The notes beneath the pieces are model-generated. The model saw nothing but the letters and a program-made list of their open reading frames with translations. It did not search any database and was not told the DNA's origin. DNA of 63,837 nucleotides from an uncultured Flavobacteriales bacterium (GTDB lineage Bacteria; Bacteroidota; Bacteroidia; Flavobacteriales_D; Parvicellaceae): assembly GCA_913064955.1 (NCBI GenBank), contig CAJYBK010000001.1, forward strand, positions 1-63,837. Direction: 5' to 3'. Shown here one piece after another: positions 1 to 9,139 of this stretch; the first letter of the stretch is position 1; each line of letters begins with the position of its first letter. Both the position numbers and the translations under genes were made by a program.

Positions 1-275
1 AGCATGGTTACCACTTCTTTAAGGCTGAATTCGTTGATTTCGAATGTGCCGTCTCCTAAGTTTAGATTGTGTCGTGCAGATAAGCCAAGTAGTTTAGCAG
101 AAGCCAGCGCTTCTTGGTCTCTTAAGTCAGCAGATCCTCTTGTGCCTAATTCTCCACGAGTAAGATCTATAATTCCTACTTTTTTACCTTGCTGAATATG
201 TTTGATAATAGTGCCGCTTGCTGCCAATTCCACATCGTCTGGATGGGCTGCGAAAGCTAAAATATCTAATTGCAT
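1..275 (-). CDS. bshB1: Bacillithiol biosynthesis deacetylase BshB1 (PIG-L family), partial; runs off the window start
   Basis: Not in the ORF track. Manual minus-strand translation from ATG at 275: MQLDILAFAAHPDDVELAASGTIIKHIQQGKKVGIIDLTRGELGTRGS. Contains the AHPDD and DLTRGELGTRG motifs. Confidence 0.88.
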   Translation of the reverse strand, partial: MQLDILAFAAHPDDVELAASGTIIKHIQQGKKVGIIDLTRGELGTRGSADLRDQEALASAKLLGLSARHNLNLGDGTFEINEFSLKEVVTM

Positions 276-277
276 CT

Positions 278-1210
278 TTATTTGTTTATCGTGATGGATA
301 CCACTTTTTCATTTTCAAAGGTATAAACGATTTTATAAGTTGAGTCCTGAAGCGTAATTATTGATGGGTTACTTGGTCCGTCATAAACCAATAATGTATT
401 CATTACTTCTTCAAGCGAACTGCCTATTCGAATTCCATTCGGCAAGACAACTAGATTACTTTCTATGGTTGCTTCACCAAGTTTGGCGTTTGTTCTGCTG
501 CTTTGAAAAATAAATCTTGTATTGGGTCCTGTTTCCAGTACAGCAAAATCATATTTCTTTCCACCTGCAGTGTATTCGCTATCTATGGAAGTTTTTGGAG
601 CGCTTTGAAACCATTTGATAGCTTCGGTGTAGGTCACTTGAGTAATATTGGTGTCCACTAGGTCCATGTTAATGGTAATAGTAGCTTTAGTATTTTGATT
701 CATTTTGCTGTAATCTTTAGGGTTTTCATACACTTCTATTCCTTCTTTTTTAAGGAACATCTTTAATGTATGCAATTGAGATGCTCCTTCCGTGGCTTTC
801 GGGTTAGAACTTTTTATTTTCCCTTTGTCCTTTGTCCACATTCTAATTGCTTCACATTCAAAACAAATACTGAGTGAAGCAACAGGGTTGTCATTTTTGT
901 CAAAATAAACGACACCATGTCTCGGGATGTAACACCCGCTCAAGCCATTTAAAAGACCATCTTTTTTGTATAAAAACAACTTCTCAATATTTGCAGGAAG
1001 AGCATTGGAAGATAGAATTCCTTCTCCTTCAATAGATTTAGCAAAACCGTTTTCCTTAGTGTAGATATAGTCGTCTGGACGAGTGGTGATTTCTCCTAGA
1101 TTAAAATAATAAATCTTGGCATATTCATATTCTACATCCGGAAAATGAAAAGACCTGGCGCTAAATTGCCAACTTGAAAAGAGTAAAAGTATAAAAGGGA
1201 GGAGTTTCAT
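278..1210 (-). CDS. Secreted hypothetical protein
   Basis: 310 aa ORF with a signal peptide and a CYIPRH...SICFEC motif; ends 2 bp before the bshB1 start. Confidence 0.7.
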   Translation of the reverse strand: MKLLPFILLLFSSWQFSARSFHFPDVEYEYAKIYYFNLGEITTRPDDYIYTKENGFAKSIEGEGILSSNALPANIEKLFLYKKDGLLNGLSGCYIPRHGVVYFDKNDNPVASLSICFECEAIRMWTKDKGKIKSSNPKATEGASQLHTLKMFLKKEGIEVYENPKDYSKMNQNTKATITINMDLVDTNITQVTYTEAIKWFQSAPKTSIDSEYTAGGKKYDFAVLETGPNTRFIFQSSRTNAKLGEATIESNLVVLPNGIRIGSSLEEVMNTLLVYDGPSNPSIITLQDSTYKIVYTFENEKVVSITINK

Positions 1211-1320
1211 AATGTTGTTTTAGGTTAATGTTTCAATAATTAGACCAACAAGAATTATAAAACTATGGAATTATTTTCAATTGATTGTAACTTTTGGATG
1301 GGTTCAATTGTTCTACTGAT

Positions 1321-2232
1321 ATGAATAAAGCCATTTTATTACTTGTCGGAATCGTTTGGTCTGTTGGATTTTTTGCTCAAGACCCAGTATTTAATCAAAC
1401 AGACAATAGCCGAAATTATCTCAATCCGGCATACATAGGAACTGAGAAAAGTTTTTCTGCTGATCTAAACTATAGAAACCAATGGCCTGAACTTTCGGGT
1501 AATTATAAAACACTGGCCTTTCAAGTGAATCAGTATTTGGGGAAAGGAAATGGCGTAAGTATACATTTTGTGAATGATAATGCAGCAAATACCGTTATGA
1601 AATCCGAATTTGGGTTGGGTTATGCAAAACAATTCCATTTGGCGAGTAAACATCATATTTCTTTTGGAGCACAAGTTTCTTATTTCCAGAAAACGATTAA
1701 CTGGGATAAATTGACTTTTGGAAATATGATTGATCCACAAACAGGTTTTGTTTATCCAATAAATGAACCTGTAGTTCAAGGAACTAAAAAAGGATTAGAT
1801 TTTAATGTTGGAGTGGTCTATTATTGCAAACATTTTTTCGTAAGTTATTCTGCTAAGTATATTACACGCCCTATAGAATCATTAACAAGTAATTTTGGAT
1901 TACCAATTAGGCATGGTGTAGATTTAGGGGGTAAAATAACTTGGAAAGAAGTCGCTTTTATTCCCTCTTTAAGACTATTTCAGCAAGGAACCTTTCAAAC
2001 TGCTTTTGCAACTGTAAAAGTGAAATTTGCATTCCTTGAGGTTGATGCAGGAATTCAGAATAAAAATGGATTTTTTGGTGGTGTAGGATTTTACTCAGAG
2101 CATTTTAATATTGGCTATAATTACACTATTCACGAAAGTAGATTGGGTTTTCGAGCATCAACTCACGAAATTAGACTAGGATGTGATTTAATGTTGTTTA
2201 AAAAAGAAAACGAACACTTTTTTAATTTTTAA
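1321..2232 (+). CDS. PorP/SprF-family T9SS membrane protein
   Basis: QDPVFNQ...YLNPAY...YRNQWP N-terminus and THEI near the C-terminus. ATG 1321 chosen because it gives a signal peptide. Confidence 0.85.
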   Translation: MNKAILLLVGIVWSVGFFAQDPVFNQTDNSRNYLNPAYIGTEKSFSADLNYRNQWPELSGNYKTLAFQVNQYLGKGNGVSIHFVNDNAANTVMKSEFGLGYAKQFHLASKHHISFGAQVSYFQKTINWDKLTFGNMIDPQTGFVYPINEPVVQGTKKGLDFNVGVVYYCKHFFVSYSAKYITRPIESLTSNFGLPIRHGVDLGGKITWKEVAFIPSLRLFQQGTFQTAFATVKVKFAFLEVDAGIQNKNGFFGGVGFYSEHFNIGYNYTIHESRLGFRASTHEIRLGCDLMLFKKENEHFFNF

Positions 2233-2981
2233 AAAACAAACTCGATTTCTTTAAAGGCGTAAAGTTGCTTTTCGCCATTACTCTTTGTTAGTTCAATGTG
2301 TCCAGTGTTTAAAACATCAGTAATGGCTGCTTTAAAAGTGACGTCATTCGATTTGTATTTTCTATTTTCTTCAAAAAACAACAGATTGTCCTTGTAAAGC
2401 ATATTTAAGTCTATATGTTTTTTGCCTCTAATCCAATTGTAATAATGTTCTAAGTTTTGGACAAGCGTTTTTAAAACTGTGTCTATTTGATGCGTTTTTC
2501 CACTTACCAAAGAGCAACTTGTTGCCCTTAGTTCTTGGTCAAATTCTGTTTGATTTATATTAATGCCTATGCCGATGATGGTTGTTAGTTGATTCCCTTG
2601 CCATTGATTTTCGATCAACATTCCGCTTACTTTTTTTTGTTCGATGTAGATATCGTTGGGCCATTTAATTAAGGTATGCTGATTGGTGATTTCTTCTACT
2701 GTTTCCTTGACTGCAATTGCAGCTATTTTACTGATTACAAAACTTTCGGTGGCAGCCAACTGATTTGTTCTGTAAATGATAGAGCACATGAGGTTTTCAC
2801 CAGGGTTGGATAGCCATTCGTTGCCCATTTGCCCTCGGCCCGAATGTTGATAATGTGCCATTATAACAGTGCCATCTGGCACTTTTGTCGTGTTTATCAA
2901 ATTGGCAGCGTAATTGTTCGTAGAGTCAACCGAGTCTAGTTCAATGTAGTTTTTCCCAGTAAAAACAGTGTTAAATTGCAT
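2229..2981 (-). CDS. birA: Biotin--[acetyl-CoA carboxylase] ligase
   Basis: DSTNNYA, QHSGRGQMGNEW and IKWPNDIY...KKVSGMLIEN motifs. Start moved to ATG 2981. Confidence 0.93.
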   Translation of the reverse strand: MQFNTVFTGKNYIELDSVDSTNNYAANLINTTKVPDGTVIMAHYQHSGRGQMGNEWLSNPGENLMCSIIYRTNQLAATESFVISKIAAIAVKETVEEITNQHTLIKWPNDIYIEQKKVSGMLIENQWQGNQLTTIIGIGININQTEFDQELRATSCSLVSGKTHQIDTVLKTLVQNLEHYYNWIRGKKHIDLNMLYKDNLLFFEENRKYKSNDVTFKAAITDVLNTGHIELTKSNGEKQLYAFKEIEFVF

Positions 2982-3034
2982 GCCTTCAGATTTTGAAAAA
3001 ATATGTAATGTGGGTTTGTAATTGATTAATTGGT

Positions 3035-3042
3035 TACATTTG
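3035..3042 (+). promoter_or_regulatory. Bacteroidota housekeeping -7 promoter element
   Basis: TACATTTG matches TAnnTTTG upstream of rsfS. Confidence 0.55.
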
Positions 3043-3065
3043 CTCAGCAAAGATTAAAATTTATA

Positions 3066-3437
3066 ATGAGTATCAAAAAAAATGTTTCCTCTATAGCTCT
3101 TAAAGAAGCCGTGATAAAAGGAATGCAAGATTTAAAGGCAAAAGATATAGTTTGTATCGATTTAAGAGAAGTGGGTGGCGCTGTTACCGATTTTTTTGTG
3201 ATTTGCCATGGTGATTCTAACACACACATGGAAGGAATTGCAGGCTCAGTTTACAAAACTGTATTGGATGATATTGGTGACAAACCTTGGCATAGCGAAG
3301 GAAAGCAGAGTGCTGAGTGGAAATTGGAGGACTACGTTGATGTAGTAGCGCATATTTTTCACAAAGAGTCTCGAGACTTTTACGATGTTGAAGGTTTATG
3401 GGGAGATGCGCCTATGGAGAGAATAGAAGAAGAATAA
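3066..3437 (+). CDS. rsfS: Ribosome silencing factor RsfS
   Basis: KAKDIVCIDL, DFFVIC and DYVDVVAHIF...R.FYDVEGLWGDA motifs; conserved position upstream of ftsH. Confidence 0.93.
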   Translation: MSIKKNVSSIALKEAVIKGMQDLKAKDIVCIDLREVGGAVTDFFVICHGDSNTHMEGIAGSVYKTVLDDIGDKPWHSEGKQSAEWKLEDYVDVVAHIFHKESRDFYDVEGLWGDAPMERIEEE

Positions 3438-3457
3438 TTAATAAGGAAATTTAGAGA

Positions 3458-5482
3458 ATGTCAGATAATAAATCAAAAAAACCAAATCCATTGGGTGGAG
3501 GTAAAGGTGGTAAAAAGCCAGCTTTTAATTTTTATTGGATTTACGCTATTATAGCTGTAGTGCTTATTGGACTTACCTTAATGGATTGGGGTACCAATAT
3601 GAAGAAGATTACCGATAAAGAGTTTGAGTACAATTTACTTGATTCTAACGGTGTCGACAAGGTCGTAGTAATGGATAAAAGTGTTGTAGAGGTTTACCTA
3701 AATGATACAGGAAAGGAATTAAGTTTTTACAAAGACAATAAGCCAAAAACTGAAACAAGTGTTTTAGGTGGTCCTAGAAAAGGTCCTCAGTTTTATTTCA
3801 AAATATTAAATGCCGAAAAGTTTCAAGAGAAGTTGGATGAATGGTCTGATGAGTATCCAGATTTTACCTATAACATTGAAGAGACAAACACAATGGGTAG
3901 AGATTTATTAGGTTGGATTTTACCTATTGGATTGATGGTCGTTATTTGGGTTGTTATCATGAGAAGGATGTCTGGTGGTGCCGGTGGTGGTGGAAGCCAA
4001 ATTTTTAGTATTGGAAAATCAAAAGCACAAGTATTCGGTCAAGGAAAAAGCACGAATGTGTCGTTTAAAGACGTTGCTGGATTAGAAGGTGCTAAGGAAG
4101 AAATTCAAGAAATCGTAGAGTTCTTAAAGTCTCCCAAGAAATATACTGATTTAGGTGCGAAAATTCCTAAAGGAGCTTTGTTGGTAGGACCTCCGGGAAC
4201 AGGTAAGACTTTGCTGGCGAAAGCCGTTGCAGGTGAGGCAAAAGTTCCATTCTTCTCATTGTCTGGTTCAGACTTCGTAGAAATGTTTGTGGGTGTGGGT
4301 GCATCCAGGGTTCGAGATTTGTTTAAGCAAGCCAAAGAAAAAGCGCCATGTATCATCTTTATTGATGAGATTGATGCAATTGGTAAGGCTAGAGGTAGAA
4401 ATGCTAGCATGAGTTCAAATGATGAGCATGAGAACACCTTGAATCAGTTGTTGACAGAGATGGATGGGTTTGGAACTAATAGTGGTGTTATTATGTTGGC
4501 AGCAACTAACAGAGCTGATGTTTTAGATCCTGCACTTTTAAGAGCTGGACGTTTTGATAGACAAATTTACGTGGATATGCCAGACTTGAACGAAAGAAGA
4601 GAAATCTTTGAAGTTCATCTGAAACCGTTGAAATTAGCTGAGAAATTAGATAGAGAATTTTTAGCAAAACAAACACCAGGGTTTAGTGGCGCGGATATAG
4701 CAAATATTTGTAATGAAGCAGCATTAATTGCAGCTAGAAAGAAAAAGAAAGCGGTTGAGCAACAAGATTTCTTGGATGCGGTTGACAGAATTGTAGGTGG
4801 ACTGGAAAAGAAAAACAAAATTATTACACCTAGAGAAAAGAAGACTATTGCTTTTCACGAAGCAGGTCACGCTACAGTTTCTTGGATGTGCGAGCATGCT
4901 AATCCTTTAGTTAAAGTAACTATCGTTCCTAGAGGAAGAAGCCTAGGTGCTGCATGGTACTTGCCTGAAGAAAGACAGATTACTACAACGGAACAACTGT
5001 TGGATGAAATGTGTGCTGCGATGGGAGGTAGAGCTGCAGAGAAGTTGATCTTTGGTAAAATATCTACTGGCGCGTTAAGTGATTTGGAAAAAGTTACAAA
5101 ACAAGCAACAGCAATGGTTAGTATTTACGGTTTGAACGAGAAAGTAGGTAATATATCTTATTACAATCCTCAAGGTAATGGCTTTAATAAGCCTTATTCT
5201 GAAGATACAGCTAGGATCATAGATGAGGAAGTTAAATTGACCATCGAAAAACAATATCAAAGAGCTATTCAGATATTGACTGATAATAAAGATAAGTTGG
5301 AGAAACTGGCGGAAATCTTATTACAGAAAGAAGTGATTTTTAAAGAAGATTTGGAGAAAATTTTTGGTAAAAGAACTTTTGGTGATCAGACTATTGAGGC
5401 ACCAGAGTCAACAGATATATTCAAAGATGTTCCGGAAGGGTTAAAGCCAGAAGGAGATAATCCTATTGATCCTAAAGTTTAA
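3458..5482 (+). CDS. ftsH: ATP-dependent zinc metalloprotease FtsH
   Basis: Two TM segments, Walker A GPPGTGKT, Walker [12 protein letters not shown] and HEAGH. Confidence 0.98.
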   Translation: MSDNKSKKPNPLGGGKGGKKPAFNFYWIYAIIAVVLIGLTLMDWGTNMKKITDKEFEYNLLDSNGVDKVVVMDKSVVEVYLNDTGKELSFYKDNKPKTETSVLGGPRKGPQFYFKILNAEKFQEKLDEWSDEYPDFTYNIEETNTMGRDLLGWILPIGLMVVIWVVIMRRMSGGAGGGGSQIFSIGKSKAQVFGQGKSTNVSFKDVAGLEGAKEEIQEIVEFLKSPKKYTDLGAKIPKGALLVGPPGTGKTLLAKAVAGEAKVPFFSLSGSDFVEMFVGVGASRVRDLFKQAKEKAPCIIFIDEIDAIGKARGRNASMSSNDEHENTLNQLLTEMDGFGTNSGVIMLAATNRADVLDPALLRAGRFDRQIYVDMPDLNERREIFEVHLKPLKLAEKLDREFLAKQTPGFSGADIANICNEAALIAARKKKKAVEQQDFLDAVDRIVGGLEKKNKIITPREKKTIAFHEAGHATVSWMCEHANPLVKVTIVPRGRSLGAAWYLPEERQITTTEQLLDEMCAAMGGRAAEKLIFGKISTGALSDLEKVTKQATAMVSIYGLNEKVGNISYYNPQGNGFNKPYSEDTARIIDEEVKLTIEKQYQRAIQILTDNKDKLEKLAEILLQKEVIFKEDLEKIFGKRTFGDQTIEAPESTDIFKDVPEGLKPEGDNPIDPKV

Positions 5483-5485
5483 TAC

Positions 5486-6343
5486 TTGAAAGAGATTTTA
5501 GTCAGAGCTGCTACTGGACTAGTATTTATTACGGTTCTAATTGGTGCTATCGTATGGAATAAATATTCGGTGGCTGCCTTGTTTTTTGTTGTTTCCATGA
5601 TTGGTTTATTGGAGTTCTTTAAACTAATGGAAAAAGGAGGGTTTAAACCTAAAAAAACAGCAGGTGTTATAGTGGGAGGATTGGTTTACCTAATAATATC
5701 ACTGTATAGTATTACTACAGAAATTACATTTGCGTATTTACTTTTTATTTTCCCTTTGCTTGTACTTTTAGTGGTGTTGGAATTGTTCCGAAAAAGTGAG
5801 TACCCAGTTACCAATTTTGCTTTCTCGGTTATGGGGATTATTTATGTGGTGATTCCATTATCAATGCTGAATTTTTTCGTGGCTTATGATAATGCTTCTT
5901 ATTACCAAACCGTGGAAATAGAAGGTTATAAGTATCTTTTACTTTTGGCATTTTTTGTAATTCAATGGGCAAATGATACGGGAGCTTACGTTACAGGTAA
6001 GGCTTTTGGCAAACACAAGTTGTTTGAAAGAATCAGCCCTAATAAGACTTGGGAAGGTGCAGTTGGTGGAGGAGTTTTTGCTTTAATTGCAGGTTTTATT
6101 TTCGCCTACACTACCGATAGTAATATCTTACATTGGTTAATAATATCCTTATTGATAGTAGTTTTTGGTACACTAGGTGATCTTACGGAAAGTCAGATAA
6201 AACGGAGTGTTGGAGTCAAAGATTCGGGTAAGATTTTACCTGGTCATGGTGGTGTTCTAGATCGTTTTGATGGCGTGCTCTTTAGTGCTCCTTTTGTGCT
6301 GACGTATTTACACCTCTTTCAAATCCAACTAAATATTTTTTAG
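5486..6343 (+). CDS. cdsA: Phosphatidate cytidylyltransferase
   Basis: SPNKTWEG and KDSGKILPGHGGVLDRFD; multi-TM; TTG start. Confidence 0.95.
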   Translation: MKEILVRAATGLVFITVLIGAIVWNKYSVAALFFVVSMIGLLEFFKLMEKGGFKPKKTAGVIVGGLVYLIISLYSITTEITFAYLLFIFPLLVLLVVLELFRKSEYPVTNFAFSVMGIIYVVIPLSMLNFFVAYDNASYYQTVEIEGYKYLLLLAFFVIQWANDTGAYVTGKAFGKHKLFERISPNKTWEGAVGGGVFALIAGFIFAYTTDSNILHWLIISLLIVVFGTLGDLTESQIKRSVGVKDSGKILPGHGGVLDRFDGVLFSAPFVLTYLHLFQIQLNIF

Positions 6344-6420
6344 TAATTAAACATGGGTCTTGCGGAATTGCGTAAAATTCGGTTACTTTGCATCAATTAT
6401 AAATAAACTAAGAAAAGAAA

Positions 6421-6783
6421 ATGAAAAATTTATTAATGTTTTTAGGATTGTTCCTAGCAATTTCAATTACTACAGTTTCATGTGGTGGTGAATCAACTGA
6501 TGCAACAACTGAAGAAGGTGCTGATTCGAAAGAGACAACAGCTTGCAAGAAAGATGGTAAATGTGATTCAACTAAGTGCGACAAATCTAAGTGTGACAAG
6601 TCTACTTGTGATAAGTCAAAATGTGCTGACAAGTGTGCTTCAGAAGGTAAGTGTGCTGATAAGTGCGGTGCTGAAGGTAAATGCGCTGACAAATGTGGTG
6701 AAGGGAAATGCGGTGAAGGAGCTGCAACTGACTCAACTGCTAAATGTGGAGAGGCTGAAGGTGCTCAAAAGTGCGGTCACTAA
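6421..6783 (+). CDS. Cys-rich low-complexity lipoprotein with K-C repeats (EGKCG/HvfA-like or metallothionein-like)
   Basis: Lipobox TVS-C, acidic linker, then 14 Cys (12 as K-C) including ADKCGEGKCGEG; followed by its own terminator. Confidence 0.8.
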   Translation: MKNLLMFLGLFLAISITTVSCGGESTDATTEEGADSKETTACKKDGKCDSTKCDKSKCDKSTCDKSKCADKCASEGKCADKCGAEGKCADKCGEGKCGEGAATDSTAKCGEAEGAQKCGH

Positions 6784-6807
6784 TCTAATACAGATTTCAA
6801 AAAAACT

Positions 6808-6837
6808 AAACCACGCTAAAAATAGCGTGGTTTTTTT
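6808..6837 (+). terminator. Intrinsic terminator
   Basis: AAACCACGCTA-AAAA-TAGCGTGGTTT followed by a T tract. Confidence 0.85.
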
Positions 6838-6854
6838 ATACCTTTACTTTTGAT

Positions 6855-7916
6855 ATGATAGAAGAAGAATATTCGGACAACGAAGAGCAGGATGATAATG
6901 ACGAAATGTTTGAGCACCACAATGTGGTAGCTGATCCTGGTCAAGATGCCTTGAGAATAGATAAGTTCTTGATGGATAAAATCCCGAATACGTCAAGGAA
7001 TAAGTTGCAAATTGCTGCTAGAAATGGTAATATTTTGGTCAACAAGAAAGTTGTTAAACCAAATTATAAGGTCAAGCCTAAAGATGAAATATCTATTGTG
7101 TTGCCATATCCGGTTAGAAAATTAGAACTTATTTCACAGGACATTCCTCTAGATATAATTTATGAAGATGATGATGTGGTCTTGGTGAACAAAAGTGCAG
7201 GTATGGTGGTGCACCCTGGATATGGTAATTATTCAGGAACTTTAGTTAATGCATTGATTTATCACTTTGAAAATTTGCCGACTTTACCTTCGGATTACTT
7301 CGGTAGACCAGGTCTGGTTCATAGATTAGATAAAAATACTACAGGTATTATGGTGGTTGCAAAAACGGAAGATACTTTAACCCATTTAGCAAATCAATTT
7401 TTTGAGAGAACTACTTATAGAAGATACAATGCCATTGTCTGGGGCGACTTGCCTAATGACGAAGGAACTATTGTTGGGAATGTCGGTAGAAGCTTGAAAA
7501 ACAGAAAAGTGATGGATGTCTTTCCAGAAGGAGGTGAAATAGGAAAGCATGCTGTAACTCATTATAAAGTGCTTAAGAGATATGGCTATGTCACAATGGT
7601 GGAATGTCGCTTAGAAACTGGTAGAACACATCAGATACGTGTGCATTTTCAGCATATTGGTCATCCTTTGTTTAATGATAATGAATATGGAGGAGATAAA
7701 ATCTTAAAAGGAACCATCTTTTCCAAGTACAAGACTTTTATTGAGAATTGTTTTACTATTTTACCAAGGCAAGCATTGCACGCTAAGTCTTTAGGTTTTA
7801 CACATCCTAAAACTAAAGAATGGATGCAGTTTGATTCTGAACTGCCTCAGGACATGGTGGATGTGCTAGATAAATGGGAGAGATATGCTTCATCAAGCAC
7901 TACAGAAATGGAATAA
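6855..7916 (+). CDS. rluD: RluA/RluD-family 23S rRNA pseudouridine synthase
   Basis: S4 domain (RIDKFL), VHRLDKNTTG and LETGRTHQIRVH. Confidence 0.93.
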   Translation: MIEEEYSDNEEQDDNDEMFEHHNVVADPGQDALRIDKFLMDKIPNTSRNKLQIAARNGNILVNKKVVKPNYKVKPKDEISIVLPYPVRKLELISQDIPLDIIYEDDDVVLVNKSAGMVVHPGYGNYSGTLVNALIYHFENLPTLPSDYFGRPGLVHRLDKNTTGIMVVAKTEDTLTHLANQFFERTTYRRYNAIVWGDLPNDEGTIVGNVGRSLKNRKVMDVFPEGGEIGKHAVTHYKVLKRYGYVTMVECRLETGRTHQIRVHFQHIGHPLFNDNEYGGDKILKGTIFSKYKTFIENCFTILPRQALHAKSLGFTHPKTKEWMQFDSELPQDMVDVLDKWERYASSSTTEME

Positions 7917-7934
7917 CTAACAAAAATATATACT

Positions 7935-8450
7935 ATGAAAATTAAAAATTTATTACTCGGACTTTTTTTAGCTTCAGGATTATTTATCTCATGTGGATCG
8001 GAAACTGAGGGTGACAAAGAGACAAAAACTGAAAAGAAAGTCTCAGAAAAGGCTATTGATGAGCAGGAAGATGAAGTTGTAGATGAAAATGTGATTGATC
8101 AAGCGTATTCTGAATCATCTGTTCAAAGCCAATGGGAAGATGTGGTTTATCAAGTGAAATCGGGTGAGAAGAATAACTTGGATATGTATTTGGATGGCAG
8201 TGCTGATACTTTCTCTGCTGAAGCGTGGGAAATGTTAGATTTTGCGCAACCAGAATACGCCAAGGCATTTGAAGCGTATGCTACTTATGAAGAGATTCCA
8301 GCAGCAGCCAACATGCCAGAAGGAACAAAAGAGGTTATGGTTCTTTTTCAAAACAATGCAGGTGGAGATGCTTTGGAGTCTGCAGCTATAATTTATCTAA
8401 ACGTTCAAGACGGTTTAATATGGATTATTGGTTGCGAAATGGCAGGGTAA
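7935..8450 (+). CDS. Hypothetical acidic lipoprotein
   Basis: Lipobox FIS-C; 171 aa; terminator follows. Confidence 0.75.
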   Translation: MKIKNLLLGLFLASGLFISCGSETEGDKETKTEKKVSEKAIDEQEDEVVDENVIDQAYSESSVQSQWEDVVYQVKSGEKNNLDMYLDGSADTFSAEAWEMLDFAQPEYAKAFEAYATYEEIPAAANMPEGTKEVMVLFQNNAGGDALESAAIIYLNVQDGLIWIIGCEMAG

Positions 8451-8470
8451 AAAAATCTTAATGAAAATTA

Positions 8471-8506
8471 AAAAGGGAGAACTTTAGTTATAAAGTTCTC
8501 CCTTTT
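8471..8506. terminator. Bidirectional intrinsic terminator
   Basis: 16-bp perfect stem AAAAGGGAGAACTTTA-GTTA-TAAAGTTCTCCCTTTT between convergent genes. Confidence 0.88.
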
Positions 8507-8530
8507 CTTTTTATTTACCAAGGCCATTGA

Positions 8531-9046
8531 TTACTCAAAATTCACCAATACTTTATTTTTTTCTACAGTATCACCTTTTACAATTTCAACGCTTTTAATG
8601 GTACCATCAATTGGAGATTTCAAAAGGTTTTCCATTTTCATAGCCTCCAGTACAACGATCCCTTCATCTTTTAAGACGGCTTGACCAGCTTTTACTTTAA
8701 CATCAATTACTACACCTGGCATTGGTGCTTTCATATCGTTAACTTTTTTAATTGCCCCGGCACCCATTCCAAGAGATTTTAACAGTACATCATATTCGTC
8801 TTCTTGTGTTACTTCAACAATGTTGCCGTCAATTTTAAGAATGACTTTTTTCAATAAACTATCAATTTTCAATAATTTAACTCTGAATTTTTTACCTTGT
8901 TTTTCAACTATTAGATTGTTGTTTCCTAAGTTCTCAATTATTTTAATTTCATTGACTTCACCGCTGAAATTGCCTTTAAGAGGGTTTTTCTCATCTACTT
9001 CGAAGTTAAGTTTCTTAGTGCCGTCAATAGTTGTATTTATTTTCAT
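8531..9046 (-). CDS. Biotin carboxyl carrier (biotin/lipoyl attachment) protein
   Basis: APMPG...LEAMKMEN biotinylation motif. Confidence 0.92.
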   Translation of the reverse strand: MKINTTIDGTKKLNFEVDEKNPLKGNFSGEVNEIKIIENLGNNNLIVEKQGKKFRVKLLKIDSLLKKVILKIDGNIVEVTQEDEYDVLLKSLGMGAGAIKKVNDMKAPMPGVVIDVKVKAGQAVLKDEGIVVLEAMKMENLLKSPIDGTIKSVEIVKGDTVEKNKVLVNFE

Positions 9047-9139
9047 AAAGCTAAATTTTTACCATCAATCAAATTCATGAATACCACAATGGGACTTTCT
9101 AATATCTTTGTGATTGATTCAACAAAAATATAATTTATA

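Noticed and set aside
6541-6780. Short periodic DNA repeats as a CRISPR or non-coding array
   Set aside because: Variation is at synonymous positions, as expected for coding repeats. There are no constant repeats with unique spacers and no cas genes.
6408-6853. Overlapping ORFs 6408-6692 (-) and 6482-6853 (+) with repetitive translations
   Set aside because: Shadow frames of the K-C repeat gene. Only 6421-6783 has a signal peptide and a matching terminator.
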